Assembly: GCA_965261735.1 (NCBI GenBank)
Contig: OZ253470.1
Coordinates: 4,128,001-4,192,000, forward strand
Length of the DNA: 64,000 nucleotides
Source: Alphaproteobacteria bacterium
GTDB lineage: Bacteria > Pseudomonadota > Alphaproteobacteria > SHVV01
Direction of reading: 5' to 3'
Every line of letters begins with the position of its first letter. Position 1 is the first letter of the stretch. Below are positions 9,506-19,185 of the stretch, piece by piece. The translations under genes and the position numbers were made by a program. The notes beneath the pieces were generated by a model. That model was not told the origin of the DNA, made no database searches, and saw only the letters and a program-made list of their open reading frames with translations.

Positions 9506-10660
9506 TCAGGCCGGGGCGGAGCCGCGGCCGAACCCGCGGACCTCCGTAATCAGCGCGCCGAGGCCGAACGCCAGGGCGGCGATCGTGATCAGCGTACCGA
9601 GCAGCGGAATGAACCCGATCAGGGCGAGGGCTACGAGGCCGATCACCACGAGCAGGATGCGGCCGCCCGGCGTCGCATCGCTGGTGCGCTTGAGAAGGTG
9701 CATTGCCTGCTGGCCGAGGGCCACCGCGCTGACCAGAAACCCGGTCAGGAGCGCGACGACCAGGATGGCGAGAAACACGATCGCGAGCGGAATGCCGATA
9801 ACGGTGATCATGAGAAGGACGATGGCCAGAGGCGTCGCGATCAGGAGCCCCAGGCCAAGGCCGAGCATTCCGAGCACCCGCCGCGGCTTGTCGCTCACCC
9901 GCCGCGCCGCGCCCAGGGTCACGGTCGGCAGGAGTAGGACCTGCACGGCGCCGAGCACCATCAGGCCGAGCAGGATCACGATGCTCGAACCCCCGGTCAG
10001 GGAATGGGCGGTGCCCGTCATGCGCTCGGTCATGTCCGAGCTGATGAAGGTGACGTCGCCAAGAATCTGCGCGTCCGGGTGAATCTCGGCCTCGTTGGGG
10101 CCTCGGTACATCAGATTGCCCTTGATCACGGCCGTGGGGCCGATATCGATGTCCGAGCCATGCAGCGTGGCGTCGCCGCCGATCTCGCCGGAGATTTCGA
10201 TGCGACGCCCGGCGGCATCGAGTTCCTTGGCGATGCTGCCGTCAATCTCGATGTGGGCACCTGCGAGCCAGGCTCGTCCGCCGATGCGCGAATTGGCGTT
10301 GAGTTTCACGTTCCTACCAGCTGCCATAAGGTCCCCGCCCACGCTGCCGCGCTGGTCGACATCGGCGCCGGCAACGCGCACGTCACCATCCACGCTGGCT
10401 TCAACGATCACGTCACGACCGGCGGCCAGGACATCGCCCTTGACCGATTCGCCGACGCTCACCTCGCGACCGAAGGCGACAACGTCGCCCGCGACCTCGG
10501 CATTGACGCTGACGTGCTCGCCGGCGGCGAACAGGTTGTCCTCCACGACTCCACGTTTGGTCACCGTGTTGCCGAACTCCTGTGCGGCGGCGTCCAAGCC
10601 GAGGCCTGGCACCAAGATGGTGACGCTGAGGACCGACCAAACAATGCCTCGTGCGACCAT
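9506..10660 (-). CDS. Bactofilin-like beta-helix repeat protein with C-terminal transmembrane domain
   Basis: Signal peptide, repeated V.GDv.aaG..v motifs, then several TM helices. Confidence 0.8.
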   Translation of the reverse strand: MVARGIVWSVLSVTILVPGLGLDAAAQEFGNTVTKRGVVEDNLFAAGEHVSVNAEVAGDVVAFGREVSVGESVKGDVLAAGRDVIVEASVDGDVRVAGADVDQRGSVGGDLMAAGRNVKLNANSRIGGRAWLAGAHIEIDGSIAKELDAAGRRIEISGEIGGDATLHGSDIDIGPTAVIKGNLMYRGPNEAEIHPDAQILGDVTFISSDMTERMTGTAHSLTGGSSIVILLGLMVLGAVQVLLLPTVTLGAARRVSDKPRRVLGMLGLGLGLLIATPLAIVLLMITVIGIPLAIVFLAILVVALLTGFLVSAVALGQQAMHLLKRTSDATPGGRILLVVIGLVALALIGFIPLLGTLITIAALAFGLGALITEVRGFGRGSAPA

Positions 10661-10690
10661 TTTCGTTCCCCTTACTCCTTCGAACCGTGC

Positions 10691-11917
10691 TCAGGCGCTG
10701 TTCTGTCCACCGCCGCTGATGCGGCGGTAAATCCCCTGTGGCATCATGACGGCCTGGCTCGCCAATCTGCCGAGGTACTCGAGTCCGCGGACGAAGTAGG
10801 TGCCCGCCTGCAAACCACGCTCCTCGCGCTGAGTGGAGCGTTCGCTCTCGGCCTCCTCCAGCTTGTAGGCCAACGTGGCGACGATCCGCGCCGAGAGTTC
10901 TTCTTGGAGCGCCAAAGTGTCGGTCAGCTCGCGGTCGTAGCGCCCGCCCCATAGGTGGTAGCCGCTCGCGGTATCAACGAGTTGGGCCGTGACGCGGAGG
11001 TGATCGCCCGCGGCACGAACGCTTCCTTCGAGCCGATAGTGCGCCGGCGTTGGCTGTCGCCTGCTCGCGTCGCCCCCTGCCGGTCGCGCCGCCCGCGGCC
11101 GTAGTACGATGACCCGCATGCCCGTGTGCGCCGACAGAGCGACGATCAGGTCCTGTGTCAGTCCATCGCTGAATTCGTTCTGAGCCTCTTCATCGCCGAT
11201 AGTGCGGAAAGGGAGCACGGCGATCGTGGGTTCGGCGAGCGTCGGCGGAGAAGGCGGGCTCGTGCCGATCACCCAGGCTACGGAGAACACGACGACCAGC
11301 GCCACCCCTCGGACGATAAGCGGGCGCCAGTTGCGGCGCGGGCCCGTAGGCGCCTCGGATGCCGCATCCGACCGTTCGTCCTCGCGGCGCACCCGGTAGG
11401 TGCGCACCGGATCGGCGATGTTCTTTACGTTCCTTGCGCCGAGGTCCTCGTACGTCAGATCGAGCCTCGCCCGCACTTGGTCGAAGACCGTGCCTGAAAG
11501 ACAGATGCCCCCCGGCGCGGCCAACTCCTGGAGCCGCGCGGCGACGTTGACCCCCTCGCCGAAGAGGTTGTCGCGCTCGACCATGACGTCGCCAAGGTTG
11601 ACGCCAATGCGAAACTCCATGCGCCGTTCGGGGGGCAGGGTCGCGCTCGCGTCCGCCAGACGTTGCTGGATCTCCGTGGCACACCGCACGGCCTCCACGG
11701 CGCTGTCGAACTCGGCGACCAGGCCGTCGCCGGCGGTGCTGAAGATGCGGCCGTGATGGGTGGCGATTCGTTCGTCGATGAGGCGGCGGCTGGCGCTCAG
11801 CGCCCGAAGAGTCCCCTCCTCGTCGGCGCCCATCAGCCGACTATAGGCCGCCACATCGGCGCTTAGGATCGTCGTAAGCTTGCGTTTGACGGATTCAGTT
11901 TCGACGGCGGCCTCCAC
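10691..11917 (-). CDS. Class III adenylate/guanylate cyclase with TM helix and TolB-N-like domain
   Basis: ILSADVAAYS, AGDG, FRIGVNLGD, GVNVAARLQ, then IAVLPF...EGSVR; start position tentative. Confidence 0.88.
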   Translation of the reverse strand: MEAAVETESVKRKLTTILSADVAAYSRLMGADEEGTLRALSASRRLIDERIATHHGRIFSTAGDGLVAEFDSAVEAVRCATEIQQRLADASATLPPERRMEFRIGVNLGDVMVERDNLFGEGVNVAARLQELAAPGGICLSGTVFDQVRARLDLTYEDLGARNVKNIADPVRTYRVRREDERSDAASEAPTGPRRNWRPLIVRGVALVVVFSVAWVIGTSPPSPPTLAEPTIAVLPFRTIGDEEAQNEFSDGLTQDLIVALSAHTGMRVIVLRPRAARPAGGDASRRQPTPAHYRLEGSVRAAGDHLRVTAQLVDTASGYHLWGGRYDRELTDTLALQEELSARIVATLAYKLEEAESERSTQREERGLQAGTYFVRGLEYLGRLASQAVMMPQGIYRRISGGGQNSA

Positions 11918-11983
11918 TTCGGGAGATCGACGCAGACTGGCGGCGAGAGTCCCTCGGTCCGCCGACCGGCACAACGGTACCCC

Positions 11984-12145
11984 TCATCCGCCGACGCCGA
12001 GCATGCACTCGACGAGGGGAATCAGGTTGCTCGATACCATGTTGCAGATGAATGCGGCCTGTTCGACCGTGAGTAGCCCTTGGTCCAGCAATTCCAGTGC
12101 CCGTTGCGCGACGGGATGGATGTCCGGTGGAATTGGGCAGTTCAT
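11984..12145 (-). CDS. Putative 53-aa small protein MNCPIPPDIHPVAQRALELLDQGLLTVEQAAFICNMVSSNLIPLVECMLGVGG
   Basis: Read manually (below the ORF-track length cutoff); ATG to TGA, co-oriented with neighbours, protein-like composition. Confidence 0.5.
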   Translation of the reverse strand: MNCPIPPDIHPVAQRALELLDQGLLTVEQAAFICNMVSSNLIPLVECMLGVGG

Positions 12146-12330
12146 ATCAAACCCCGCGATCTCGCGTCACGCGTGGGGTCGGCGCCACGATTGGCCGCCG
12201 ACCAGCGCCGACAAACTCATGCACGCCATCCCGGAATGGCTGCCCGGCTCCATTGGATGTGGGTATTCTGGTCGCGATTCAAAAGACCCGAGCGATAATG
12301 GGCCGCCGTGCGGGATCGCCGTACCGCCTT

Positions 12331-12633
12331 TTATCCGGCCTCAGGCAATGGCGTCGTCCACACCACCCCGTTTTGCTTGTAGAAGGCGCTGGCTGCTTTT
12401 TTGAATTCCGCCATCTCCTGCTTGTCGCGGTGGAACTCGAACGCGGCCCGATCCTTGTAGCTCTCGAAGAGCATGTAGTGGTTGGGGTCGGCAACATCCT
12501 GATGCACCGCGAATCCGAGGCAGCCGGGCTCCTCGGTACGTGCGCGATAGGCATGAACGCGCATGAGCTTGTCGAATTCCTCGCGGTGCGCGGGGTCGAC
12601 CTGAAGATCGACGAATACGGAAACGACGGTCAC
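12331..12633 (-). CDS. ABM / putative quinol monooxygenase family protein
   Basis: EEPGCLGF...LFESYKDRAAFEFH; GTG start after GAGGAG. Confidence 0.85.
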   Translation of the reverse strand: MTVVSVFVDLQVDPAHREEFDKLMRVHAYRARTEEPGCLGFAVHQDVADPNHYMLFESYKDRAAFEFHRDKQEMAEFKKAASAFYKQNGVVWTTPLPEAG

Positions 12634-12756
12634 GGGCAGAGCTCCTCGATAGGCGCTAGCGAGCCGGCCGGTGGCGGCCGGCTCCCGTTTCGGCAACGCC
12701 CATGATGCACGCGCTGGCGCCAAGCTTCAACCTCGGCCCCGATCGAAGGCCGAACA

Positions 12757-13768
12757 TCACGGTGCCGGCGGCGACATGATCACGAGACCCCAGGGCTGGC
12801 TGCCGACAGGGATTTTCTTGACGACGGTGAGGCGCCGAGTGTCGATGACCGCCACCTTGTTCTCGCCGATAATCGTGACGTAGGCATAGCGCCCGTCGGG
12901 CCGGAACGCGACGTTGGCCAGCGACTGGCCCACCGGTATCCGCGCTACCTCACTGAACGTGGCGCCATCGACGACGGCGACGAAGTTGTCGCCGATGTGG
13001 GTGATGTAGGCGAACCGGCCATCGGGCGTCCACGCCATCGTGACGGGCACGCCGCCGAGCTGCTGCGTGCCGCGTCGCGCCAGGGTCGCCGTCTCGAGGA
13101 CGTCGTTGGTGCCCGCGCGCGCGGTCTGTACCCACACGGTGGCGCCGTCGGGTGCGACACGGAGCATGTGCGGCTTCGAGCCCGCCGGAAAGGTGGCTCG
13201 GTGCGTGATCGTGAAGCTCTGGAGGTCGAGCGCGGCCACGGTGTCCTGATCGCGCTCCGGGAAGAACGCGACCGTGCCGTCGGGCGAAAAGTCGAGGTCG
13301 CAGGGAAAGGCACCCGTCGAAATCTCGCGCACGAGGCGCAGGGTCTCGCGGTCGACGACGGCGATGATGTTCTCGCCGGCCGCGTTGACGAACACGTGGC
13401 GCCGGTCGGGGCTCAGCATGACGCTATGTGCCGGTCCCTTGCCGATCGCGAGCCGGTGCGCGATCTGCATCCGAGCGGGATCGATGGCAATCAGCTCGAC
13501 CGTGCCGGCGACCACATCGTAGGTCCAGATAAGCTTGCCGTCCCAGAACTCCTGTTCGTTCGATAGCCAGCGCACGCTCGCCCCCAGCGGCCGCGTGGCG
13601 ACGACCTCGTGGGTCGCGGTATCGATAATGGTGACATCCTTGGACGCGGCGTTGAAGGCGTAAGCGTAGACCGGCGCGCAGGAGCGCTTGAGCGAGCGCG
13701 GGCGTGGCGCCCGCGAAGAGGCACGCGGCCATCAACAAGCCGAGCCAGGGGCGTATGGTTCTATTCAT
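12757..13768 (-). pseudogene. YncE/YVTN beta-propeller secreted protein; frameshift near 13680
   Basis: Signal peptide MNRTIRPWLGLL...LAQA is in one frame; YAFNAASKDVTIID and the SPDG/TPDG propeller repeats are in another. Confidence 0.8.
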
Positions 13769-14781
13769 GCTCCCTCCGTGGCTGTGGCGGCCCATAGCCT
13801 GTCCTCGTCCTCGACCAGGCGCAGCCCCTCGTCCTCGGTCAGGTAGCGGCGTACATTCTCGGCGCCGACGCGGGCGGCCTCGATCAGGCTGCCCGCGACG
13901 ACCGACGAGTTGTGCGGCGAGCCGATGACATTGGCGAGCTCGAGGAAGGCGTAGTTGGTGCGAAATGCCTCGCCCGCCGCGGGCTCGGTCCACCAACAGT
14001 CGATGGCGGCCCGAAAATCCGGATGGCTCGCGAGGTGGGCGTAGAGGGCGGCCTCGTCGATGATCAGCCCGCGTGCCACGTTGACGAGGATGGCGTGCGG
14101 CTCCATCCAGCCGAGCTCGCGCGCCCCGATCAGGCGATATGTCGTGCGGTTGAGGGCGAGAGCGATCACGACGACGTCGGCGCCGCGGACGACGACCTCG
14201 AGATCGTCGAGCGTCCCCATGAAGTCGACCGCTTCGCTTGTCGTGCCGTTGCGGTTGATCGCGCGAATCGTCATGCCCAGGCACCGCATGAGGCGAGCGA
14301 CGGCCTTGCCGATGCCGCCGAACCCGAGGATCGCGCACGTGCCGCCGCGAAGCGTAGCCGTGCGTTCGTGCTGGTTGAACGAGCGGCGCCTCAGGTTTTC
14401 GTGCTCCGGGATCAGCCTCTTGGCGGCCGCCAGCGCCATCGCGAGGGCGTGCTCGGCAACGGGCTCCGCAAACGCACCGGCGTTTCCGGCGAAGAGGATT
14501 CGGTCGGGCAACTCGGCCACGGGGAAATGGTCGATGCCGGCGGTCAACGCTTGTACGAGCTTAAGGCTCGTGAGGAGCGCGTATTCGTCGCCGCGCAGAT
14601 CACTCGCGAGGTCCCATGCAATCAGCACCTCCGCCGCGGCGATAGCCGCGCCTCGCGAAGCGGGCGGAACATCGGCCAAGAAGGTGACCTGGGCTAACTC
14701 GGCCAGCAAGCCGGCGTAGACCTTGCGGGTGTCCTCTTCAGCCGCGTGCGTGACCAGGACCCGCCGTTCGCCTGCGCTCAA
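13765..14781 (-). CDS. D-isomer-specific 2-hydroxyacid dehydrogenase
   Basis: AGID, VAEH, GFGGIG, NVARG, D.W..EP, SPH; TTG start after GAGG. Confidence 0.9.
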   Translation of the reverse strand: MSAGERRVLVTHAAEEDTRKVYAGLLAELAQVTFLADVPPASRGAAIAAAEVLIAWDLASDLRGDEYALLTSLKLVQALTAGIDHFPVAELPDRILFAGNAGAFAEPVAEHALAMALAAAKRLIPEHENLRRRSFNQHERTATLRGGTCAILGFGGIGKAVARLMRCLGMTIRAINRNGTTSEAVDFMGTLDDLEVVVRGADVVVIALALNRTTYRLIGARELGWMEPHAILVNVARGLIIDEAALYAHLASHPDFRAAIDCWWTEPAAGEAFRTNYAFLELANVIGSPHNSSVVAGSLIEAARVGAENVRRYLTEDEGLRLVEDEDRLWAATATEGA

Positions 14782-14797
14782 TGTCCTCGGCCCCGTG

Positions 14798-14835
14798 AAA
14801 AGAAAAAAGGACCCCGCGCCAACCGTGCGGGGTCC
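14798..14835 (-). terminator. Rho-independent terminator downstream of the binding-protein gene
   Basis: Stem GGACCCCGC/GCGGGGTCC followed by TTTTTTCTTTT on the minus strand. Confidence 0.8.
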
Positions 14836-14854
14836 CAGCGTTTTCGCGCAGTAG

Positions 14855-16015
14855 TTAGCTTCCGGCTTGCCAGAAGTCCTCACGGATGTTGACGATCTCG
14901 CCGTTGAGCCAAGCGACCACGATGATGCCGCTGCGGATGGCTTCGCCTGACCCTTCCCATCCGATGTTTCCGCTCACGGTCTCGATCGACTTGGTTTTCG
15001 AGAACGCCTCGCGAATCGACTCCCGCGACAGGTCCTTGGCCGAGTTCATGATCTTCGCCATTTGCAGTGCCGCGTCGGTCGAGATGGCGGACCAGGTGCT
15101 GGGGTCCTCGTCGTACCGCTTCTTGTAGGCGGCGATGATGTTCTGCACGTAGGGTTTGGGATCGGTCGGGTCCCACATGCCGACGAAGAAGGTGTTGTTG
15201 ACCGCATCACCCGCCATCTTCTTGTAGTCGGGATGGCTGGCACCGGGGCCGGCCACGATGGGCTGATTCATGCCGACATCGCGTGCCTGGCGTACCATGA
15301 TTCCCCCGTCAAAGGGCTGCTGGGCGGTGAAGATGAGGTCGACCCCAGCGGCGTTAATGCGGGTCACCTGGGCCGAGTAATCCGTCTCCTTGCCCTTCGC
15401 CGTCACCTCCACGAGCTCGATCCCGTGCTCCTTGGCGGCATTGCGCATGGCGTTGGCGCGGGCAACCATGGCCTCGTCGTCAACCGACCATACGAGCGCC
15501 GCCTTCCGGACGTTGAATTTCTTCTTCAGGAGCGGCATCAGCACCGGCATCGTCGACCAATCCTGAGGCAGCGACCGGAAGGTCCACTTGTTGAACCCCT
15601 GCTTCCAGCGGCCACCCGAGGAAAACGCGTACATCGGGACCTCGTACTTGTCGGCCAAGTCATGAACGGCTTTGACCACGGTGCCGGCGCCGACGTCGAG
15701 GATGATGGGCACGCCCGGGTCGCGGCCCAGCTTCTTGAACATGGTCACCGCGGTCGGCAGGTCGTCGTAAGGTGCGTCCGCCTTATAGAACTCCAAGGGG
15801 CGGCCGTGAATCCCGCCGGCGGCGTTGATCATATCCTGACCGGCGAGGGCGCCCTGAAACATGATCTTGCCCCAGTCGGCGGCGGCACCGCTGAAGCTCT
15901 CCATGAACGGAACGCGAATGGGATCGGCCGCCTGGGCCGGAGTTGCCAACGATCCGGCCGCGACAAGCCCTAAGGCTGCCAAAACCACCGATGTCGTGCG
16001 ACGAATCGGGTGCAT
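14855..16015 (-). CDS. ABC transporter substrate-binding protein (branched-chain amino acid/LivJ-like)
   Basis: Signal peptide, SGAAADWG, INAAGGIHGRPLE, TDYSAQV. Confidence 0.9.
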   Translation of the reverse strand: MHPIRRTTSVVLAALGLVAAGSLATPAQAADPIRVPFMESFSGAAADWGKIMFQGALAGQDMINAAGGIHGRPLEFYKADAPYDDLPTAVTMFKKLGRDPGVPIILDVGAGTVVKAVHDLADKYEVPMYAFSSGGRWKQGFNKWTFRSLPQDWSTMPVLMPLLKKKFNVRKAALVWSVDDEAMVARANAMRNAAKEHGIELVEVTAKGKETDYSAQVTRINAAGVDLIFTAQQPFDGGIMVRQARDVGMNQPIVAGPGASHPDYKKMAGDAVNNTFFVGMWDPTDPKPYVQNIIAAYKKRYDEDPSTWSAISTDAALQMAKIMNSAKDLSRESIREAFSKTKSIETVSGNIGWEGSGEAIRSGIIVVAWLNGEIVNIREDFWQAGS

Positions 16016-16171
16016 GTTTTTCTCCTCCTCTGCGATTCGGGGCCTGTGCGGGCCTCGCATGCCGGCGACAATGCTTCGCCGCGGCACTTAACCGTCAGTC
16101 TATAGGGGAAATGGGGGCGGGGAAAACGCGAATTCCGCGGCCTTTCCGGTCGCTCGGGCCGTTACTGGCAA

Positions 16172-16203
16172 GACCCCCCCCGCCCACGAGGGGACGGGGG
16201 TTT
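16172..16203 (-). terminator. Possible GC-rich hairpin between the two binding-protein genes
   Basis: Imperfect ACCCCC...GGGGGT inverted repeat with a weak U-tract. Confidence 0.35.
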
Positions 16204-16220
16204 CACGACGTGTGTGTGGC

Positions 16221-17411
16221 TTAGGAGTCCCAGAACTCGGGTGGGACGACGATGACCTTGCCGTCCTTCCAGGTCAGGATCAAGATCGACTCCCTGATCG
16301 CTTCGCCTTTGCCCTGTCCGCCGATGGCCTTGGCCCAGCCGACGTTGCCGCCCAGCGTATTGATGAACCCGGTTTTCGCGAAAGCCCGGCGAATGCCGTC
16401 GCGCGTCAGGTCCTCGGCGTTCCAGTTGATGACCCGGCCCATGGTCAGGGCGCCGTCGGTCGTGATCGCCGCCCAGGTGGTGATCTCCTCACCGTACTTT
16501 TCCTTGTAGCGGCGCTGCATTTCCTTGACCCAGGGCCTCGGGTCGAGCGGGTTGTACAGGCCGTAGAAGAAGGTGTTTTCGACCTTTCCCTGCGACATGC
16601 GCCAGTAGTCGTCGGCCGAGCCACCGGGACCGGCGAGGATCGGCTGGTTCATCCCCATCTCACGCGCCTGCTTGACCATCAGGCCGCCGTCGAAGGCCTG
16701 CTGGGCGGTGACGATGAGCTGGACGTCGGCCGCCTTGAGCCTGGTGAGCTGGGCCGAGTAGTCGGTGTCCTTGCCCTTGGCCGCGGCCTCGATGACCTCG
16801 ATCCCCTCCGCCTCGGCCGCCTTGCGCATGGCGTTGGCGCGCGCGACCATCGCCTCGTCATCGACCGACCAGATCACCCCCGCTTTCTTGATGTTGAACT
16901 TCTTCTTGAGCAACGGCACGAGAATGGGCACCGCCTCGGCCTCCTTGGGAAGCTGCCGGAAGATCCACGGGCTCCACTCGCCGGGCCAGTCGCCGCCAGA
17001 AGAAAAGGCGTAGTAGGGCACCTTGTGCTGCGTCGCCAGGTCGTGGGTGGCGAAGATGACCGTGCCCGCGCCGCCATCGAAGACGAGCGGAATGTTGGGA
17101 TTGCGCGCGAGCTTCTTGAACATGGTGACGGACGCCGGCTTGTCGTCGTAGGGCGCGTCCGCGCGATAGAACTCGAGGCAACGGCCGTGCAGGCCACCGC
17201 GATCGTTGATCATCTCGGCGCCGATCACCGCCCCCTTGAACATGAGCTCGCCCCAGTCCGCGGCGGCACCGCTAAAGCTCGTCATGTGGGGGATGCGCAC
17301 CGTCTTGCCGGCGTCGCACTCGGCTGCCTGCGCCGACGGCGTCGTCACTAGCGCGGCAGCCAGGGCAAACCCTGATGCCGCCAATACCGAGAATACTAGG
17401 CGTGCTCTCAT
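16221..17411 (-). CDS. ABC transporter substrate-binding protein, paralogue of 14855-16015
   Basis: Shares SFSGAAADWG, ADAPYDD and WSVDDEAMVARANAMR with the neighbour; start MRARLVF after AGGGAGG. Confidence 0.9.
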   Translation of the reverse strand: MRARLVFSVLAASGFALAAALVTTPSAQAAECDAGKTVRIPHMTSFSGAAADWGELMFKGAVIGAEMINDRGGLHGRCLEFYRADAPYDDKPASVTMFKKLARNPNIPLVFDGGAGTVIFATHDLATQHKVPYYAFSSGGDWPGEWSPWIFRQLPKEAEAVPILVPLLKKKFNIKKAGVIWSVDDEAMVARANAMRKAAEAEGIEVIEAAAKGKDTDYSAQLTRLKAADVQLIVTAQQAFDGGLMVKQAREMGMNQPILAGPGGSADDYWRMSQGKVENTFFYGLYNPLDPRPWVKEMQRRYKEKYGEEITTWAAITTDGALTMGRVINWNAEDLTRDGIRRAFAKTGFINTLGGNVGWAKAIGGQGKGEAIRESILILTWKDGKVIVVPPEFWDS

Positions 17412-17566
17412 CGAAAACCTCCCTTTGATCCCGCCCGGTTGACCCCGGGAGGGCGTATTCCAAGTCCAGGAGCTGCACCTCGCAGGTCGGAAGCCAGCGA
17501 GTCTATACGCCAACTTTCGCCTAAGGAACCGGAAAAACCGCCGGCTCCGCAGGTCCGGGAACCCCG

Positions 17567-18952
17567 CTAGGAAGCGGCGCGCGCGGCTGCGACCGGCTCG
17601 TCGCTCGCGGGCAGGTCGGCCACCGCGGCAATCGATTCGATCTCGCGCAGACGGTCGAACAGCTCCTCGGCGCGCGGCTTCGCGTAAGCCGGGCCGACGC
17701 AGTCGTAAAACTTGTCCCACAGCTGATCGGCGCGGATCGGGTTGCGGGCGTGACCCAGCGCGTACTCGATCGCGCCGCTGTCGAGGACCTCGCCGGTGCC
17801 GAGGGTCATCGTGACCTGATCGTACGGCGCGAAAATCGCATCGGCCGGATGGCGCTCCTCGGTCGTGGTCATCGCGATCTTCTTCATGAACGCCTGCACG
17901 TCGCCGCGCCGAACGAAGGCATCGGTGAGCTCGGCGAGGCCGGCACGCCCAACAACGACCGGCGCGGTCATCGCGAACTCGAGGCTGAACTTGGCCTCGA
18001 GGCCGGTCTGCGGCTGATGGTTGCGTAGGACGGTGGCTTGCGTGCGCCCAATCAGGACCTCGATGCGGTCGATCTCGTCGGCGGCGAGCGGGCGCCGCGA
18101 CAGCATGTCGAAGACGCCGTCGACGGCGCGATGGACGCAGTAGCACATCGGGTACTTCTTGATGTTCAGACCCTCTTCGATGATGTGCCACTCGCGGCCC
18201 AGAGCCGGGGGCGAGTCGACGTCGACGCGACCCTGCGGCGAGAAGGCGCTGAGGAATCCGAGCGGGTGCTCGAAGGCATCGGCCGCTGCCGTCATCCCCG
18301 CTGCCGCCAGCCGCGTCGCCACGATGCCGCCGCGCGCCGCCTGGCCGGCATGGTAGGGCTTTGTCATGGTGCCGAAATTAGCGCCGATTCCTGACGCGGC
18401 GGAGGCGGCGAGACCAAGTGCCATGGTCGCCACGCCAGAATCGAGCCGCCGAAGCACGGCGCTCGCCGCTGCGGCGGCAATAACGCCAAAGATGGCCGTG
18501 GGATGCCAGCCCTTTTCGTGATGCTGATCGGCATCGCGGCGCGCCAGTTCGTGCCAAACCTCGTAACCGGCCACGAAAGCCGTCACCATGTCCCTACCCG
18601 TGGCGCCCGTGGCCTCGCCCTCGGCCAGGATCGCCGGCACCAGAACGGCGCTCGGGTGACCATTTAGCGCTACGTCGTCATAGTCCAGCGCGTGCGCGGC
18701 GGTAGCGTTGATCAACGCCGCATCAGGTGCCGCAGCGCGGGCCGACGAGAAGCAGAGTCTCGCCTCGCCCGTCGCGTCCTGACGTGTCGTGCTGCGGACG
18801 ATATCGGTTGCAGGCTCCCGGCTGCCGGCGATGAGCACGCCGGCGCAATCGGCGAAACCGGTGCGGACGATGTCGACCGCCGCGCCTGGCAGCTGATCGT
18901 AGCTCACGCCGGCGATGAACTCGCCCATCGCTCGTGTAAGACCTGTAGCCAT
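17567..18952 (-). CDS. MmgE/PrpD family protein
   Basis: NATAAHALDYDD, HPS, GWHPT, KPYHAG, KKYPMC, AKFS. Confidence 0.92.
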   Translation of the reverse strand: MATGLTRAMGEFIAGVSYDQLPGAAVDIVRTGFADCAGVLIAGSREPATDIVRSTTRQDATGEARLCFSSARAAAPDAALINATAAHALDYDDVALNGHPSAVLVPAILAEGEATGATGRDMVTAFVAGYEVWHELARRDADQHHEKGWHPTAIFGVIAAAAASAVLRRLDSGVATMALGLAASAASGIGANFGTMTKPYHAGQAARGGIVATRLAAAGMTAAADAFEHPLGFLSAFSPQGRVDVDSPPALGREWHIIEEGLNIKKYPMCYCVHRAVDGVFDMLSRRPLAADEIDRIEVLIGRTQATVLRNHQPQTGLEAKFSLEFAMTAPVVVGRAGLAELTDAFVRRGDVQAFMKKIAMTTTEERHPADAIFAPYDQVTMTLGTGEVLDSGAIEYALGHARNPIRADQLWDKFYDCVGPAYAKPRAEELFDRLREIESIAAVADLPASDEPVAAARAAS

Positions 18953-19185
18953 GCCGTACCCTCCGCGTTAGCGCGGCCGCGTCATGGCCGCGACGGGCGT
19001 CGCCGGGTCTAGTGCCCGGGCGATGATGCCCGAAATCGGCGCCGAACGCCATGCGACGCGGGTGGCTTGCGTTAGGACCGCCGCAGGCACGGGTTGACGG
19101 GGTGTGTGGCGGCTTGTATCGCTTTATCAAGGGTTCGCGCGGGCGGTCGTTGAGCCGACATGCGACAGGAGGGGAGGGTCGAAAC

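Noticed and set aside
16221-18191. 656-aa ORF as a fusion protein
   Set aside because: The N-terminal part is an Arg-rich alternative frame overlapping the MmgE/PrpD gene; the real gene starts at 17411 with an RBS and signal peptide.
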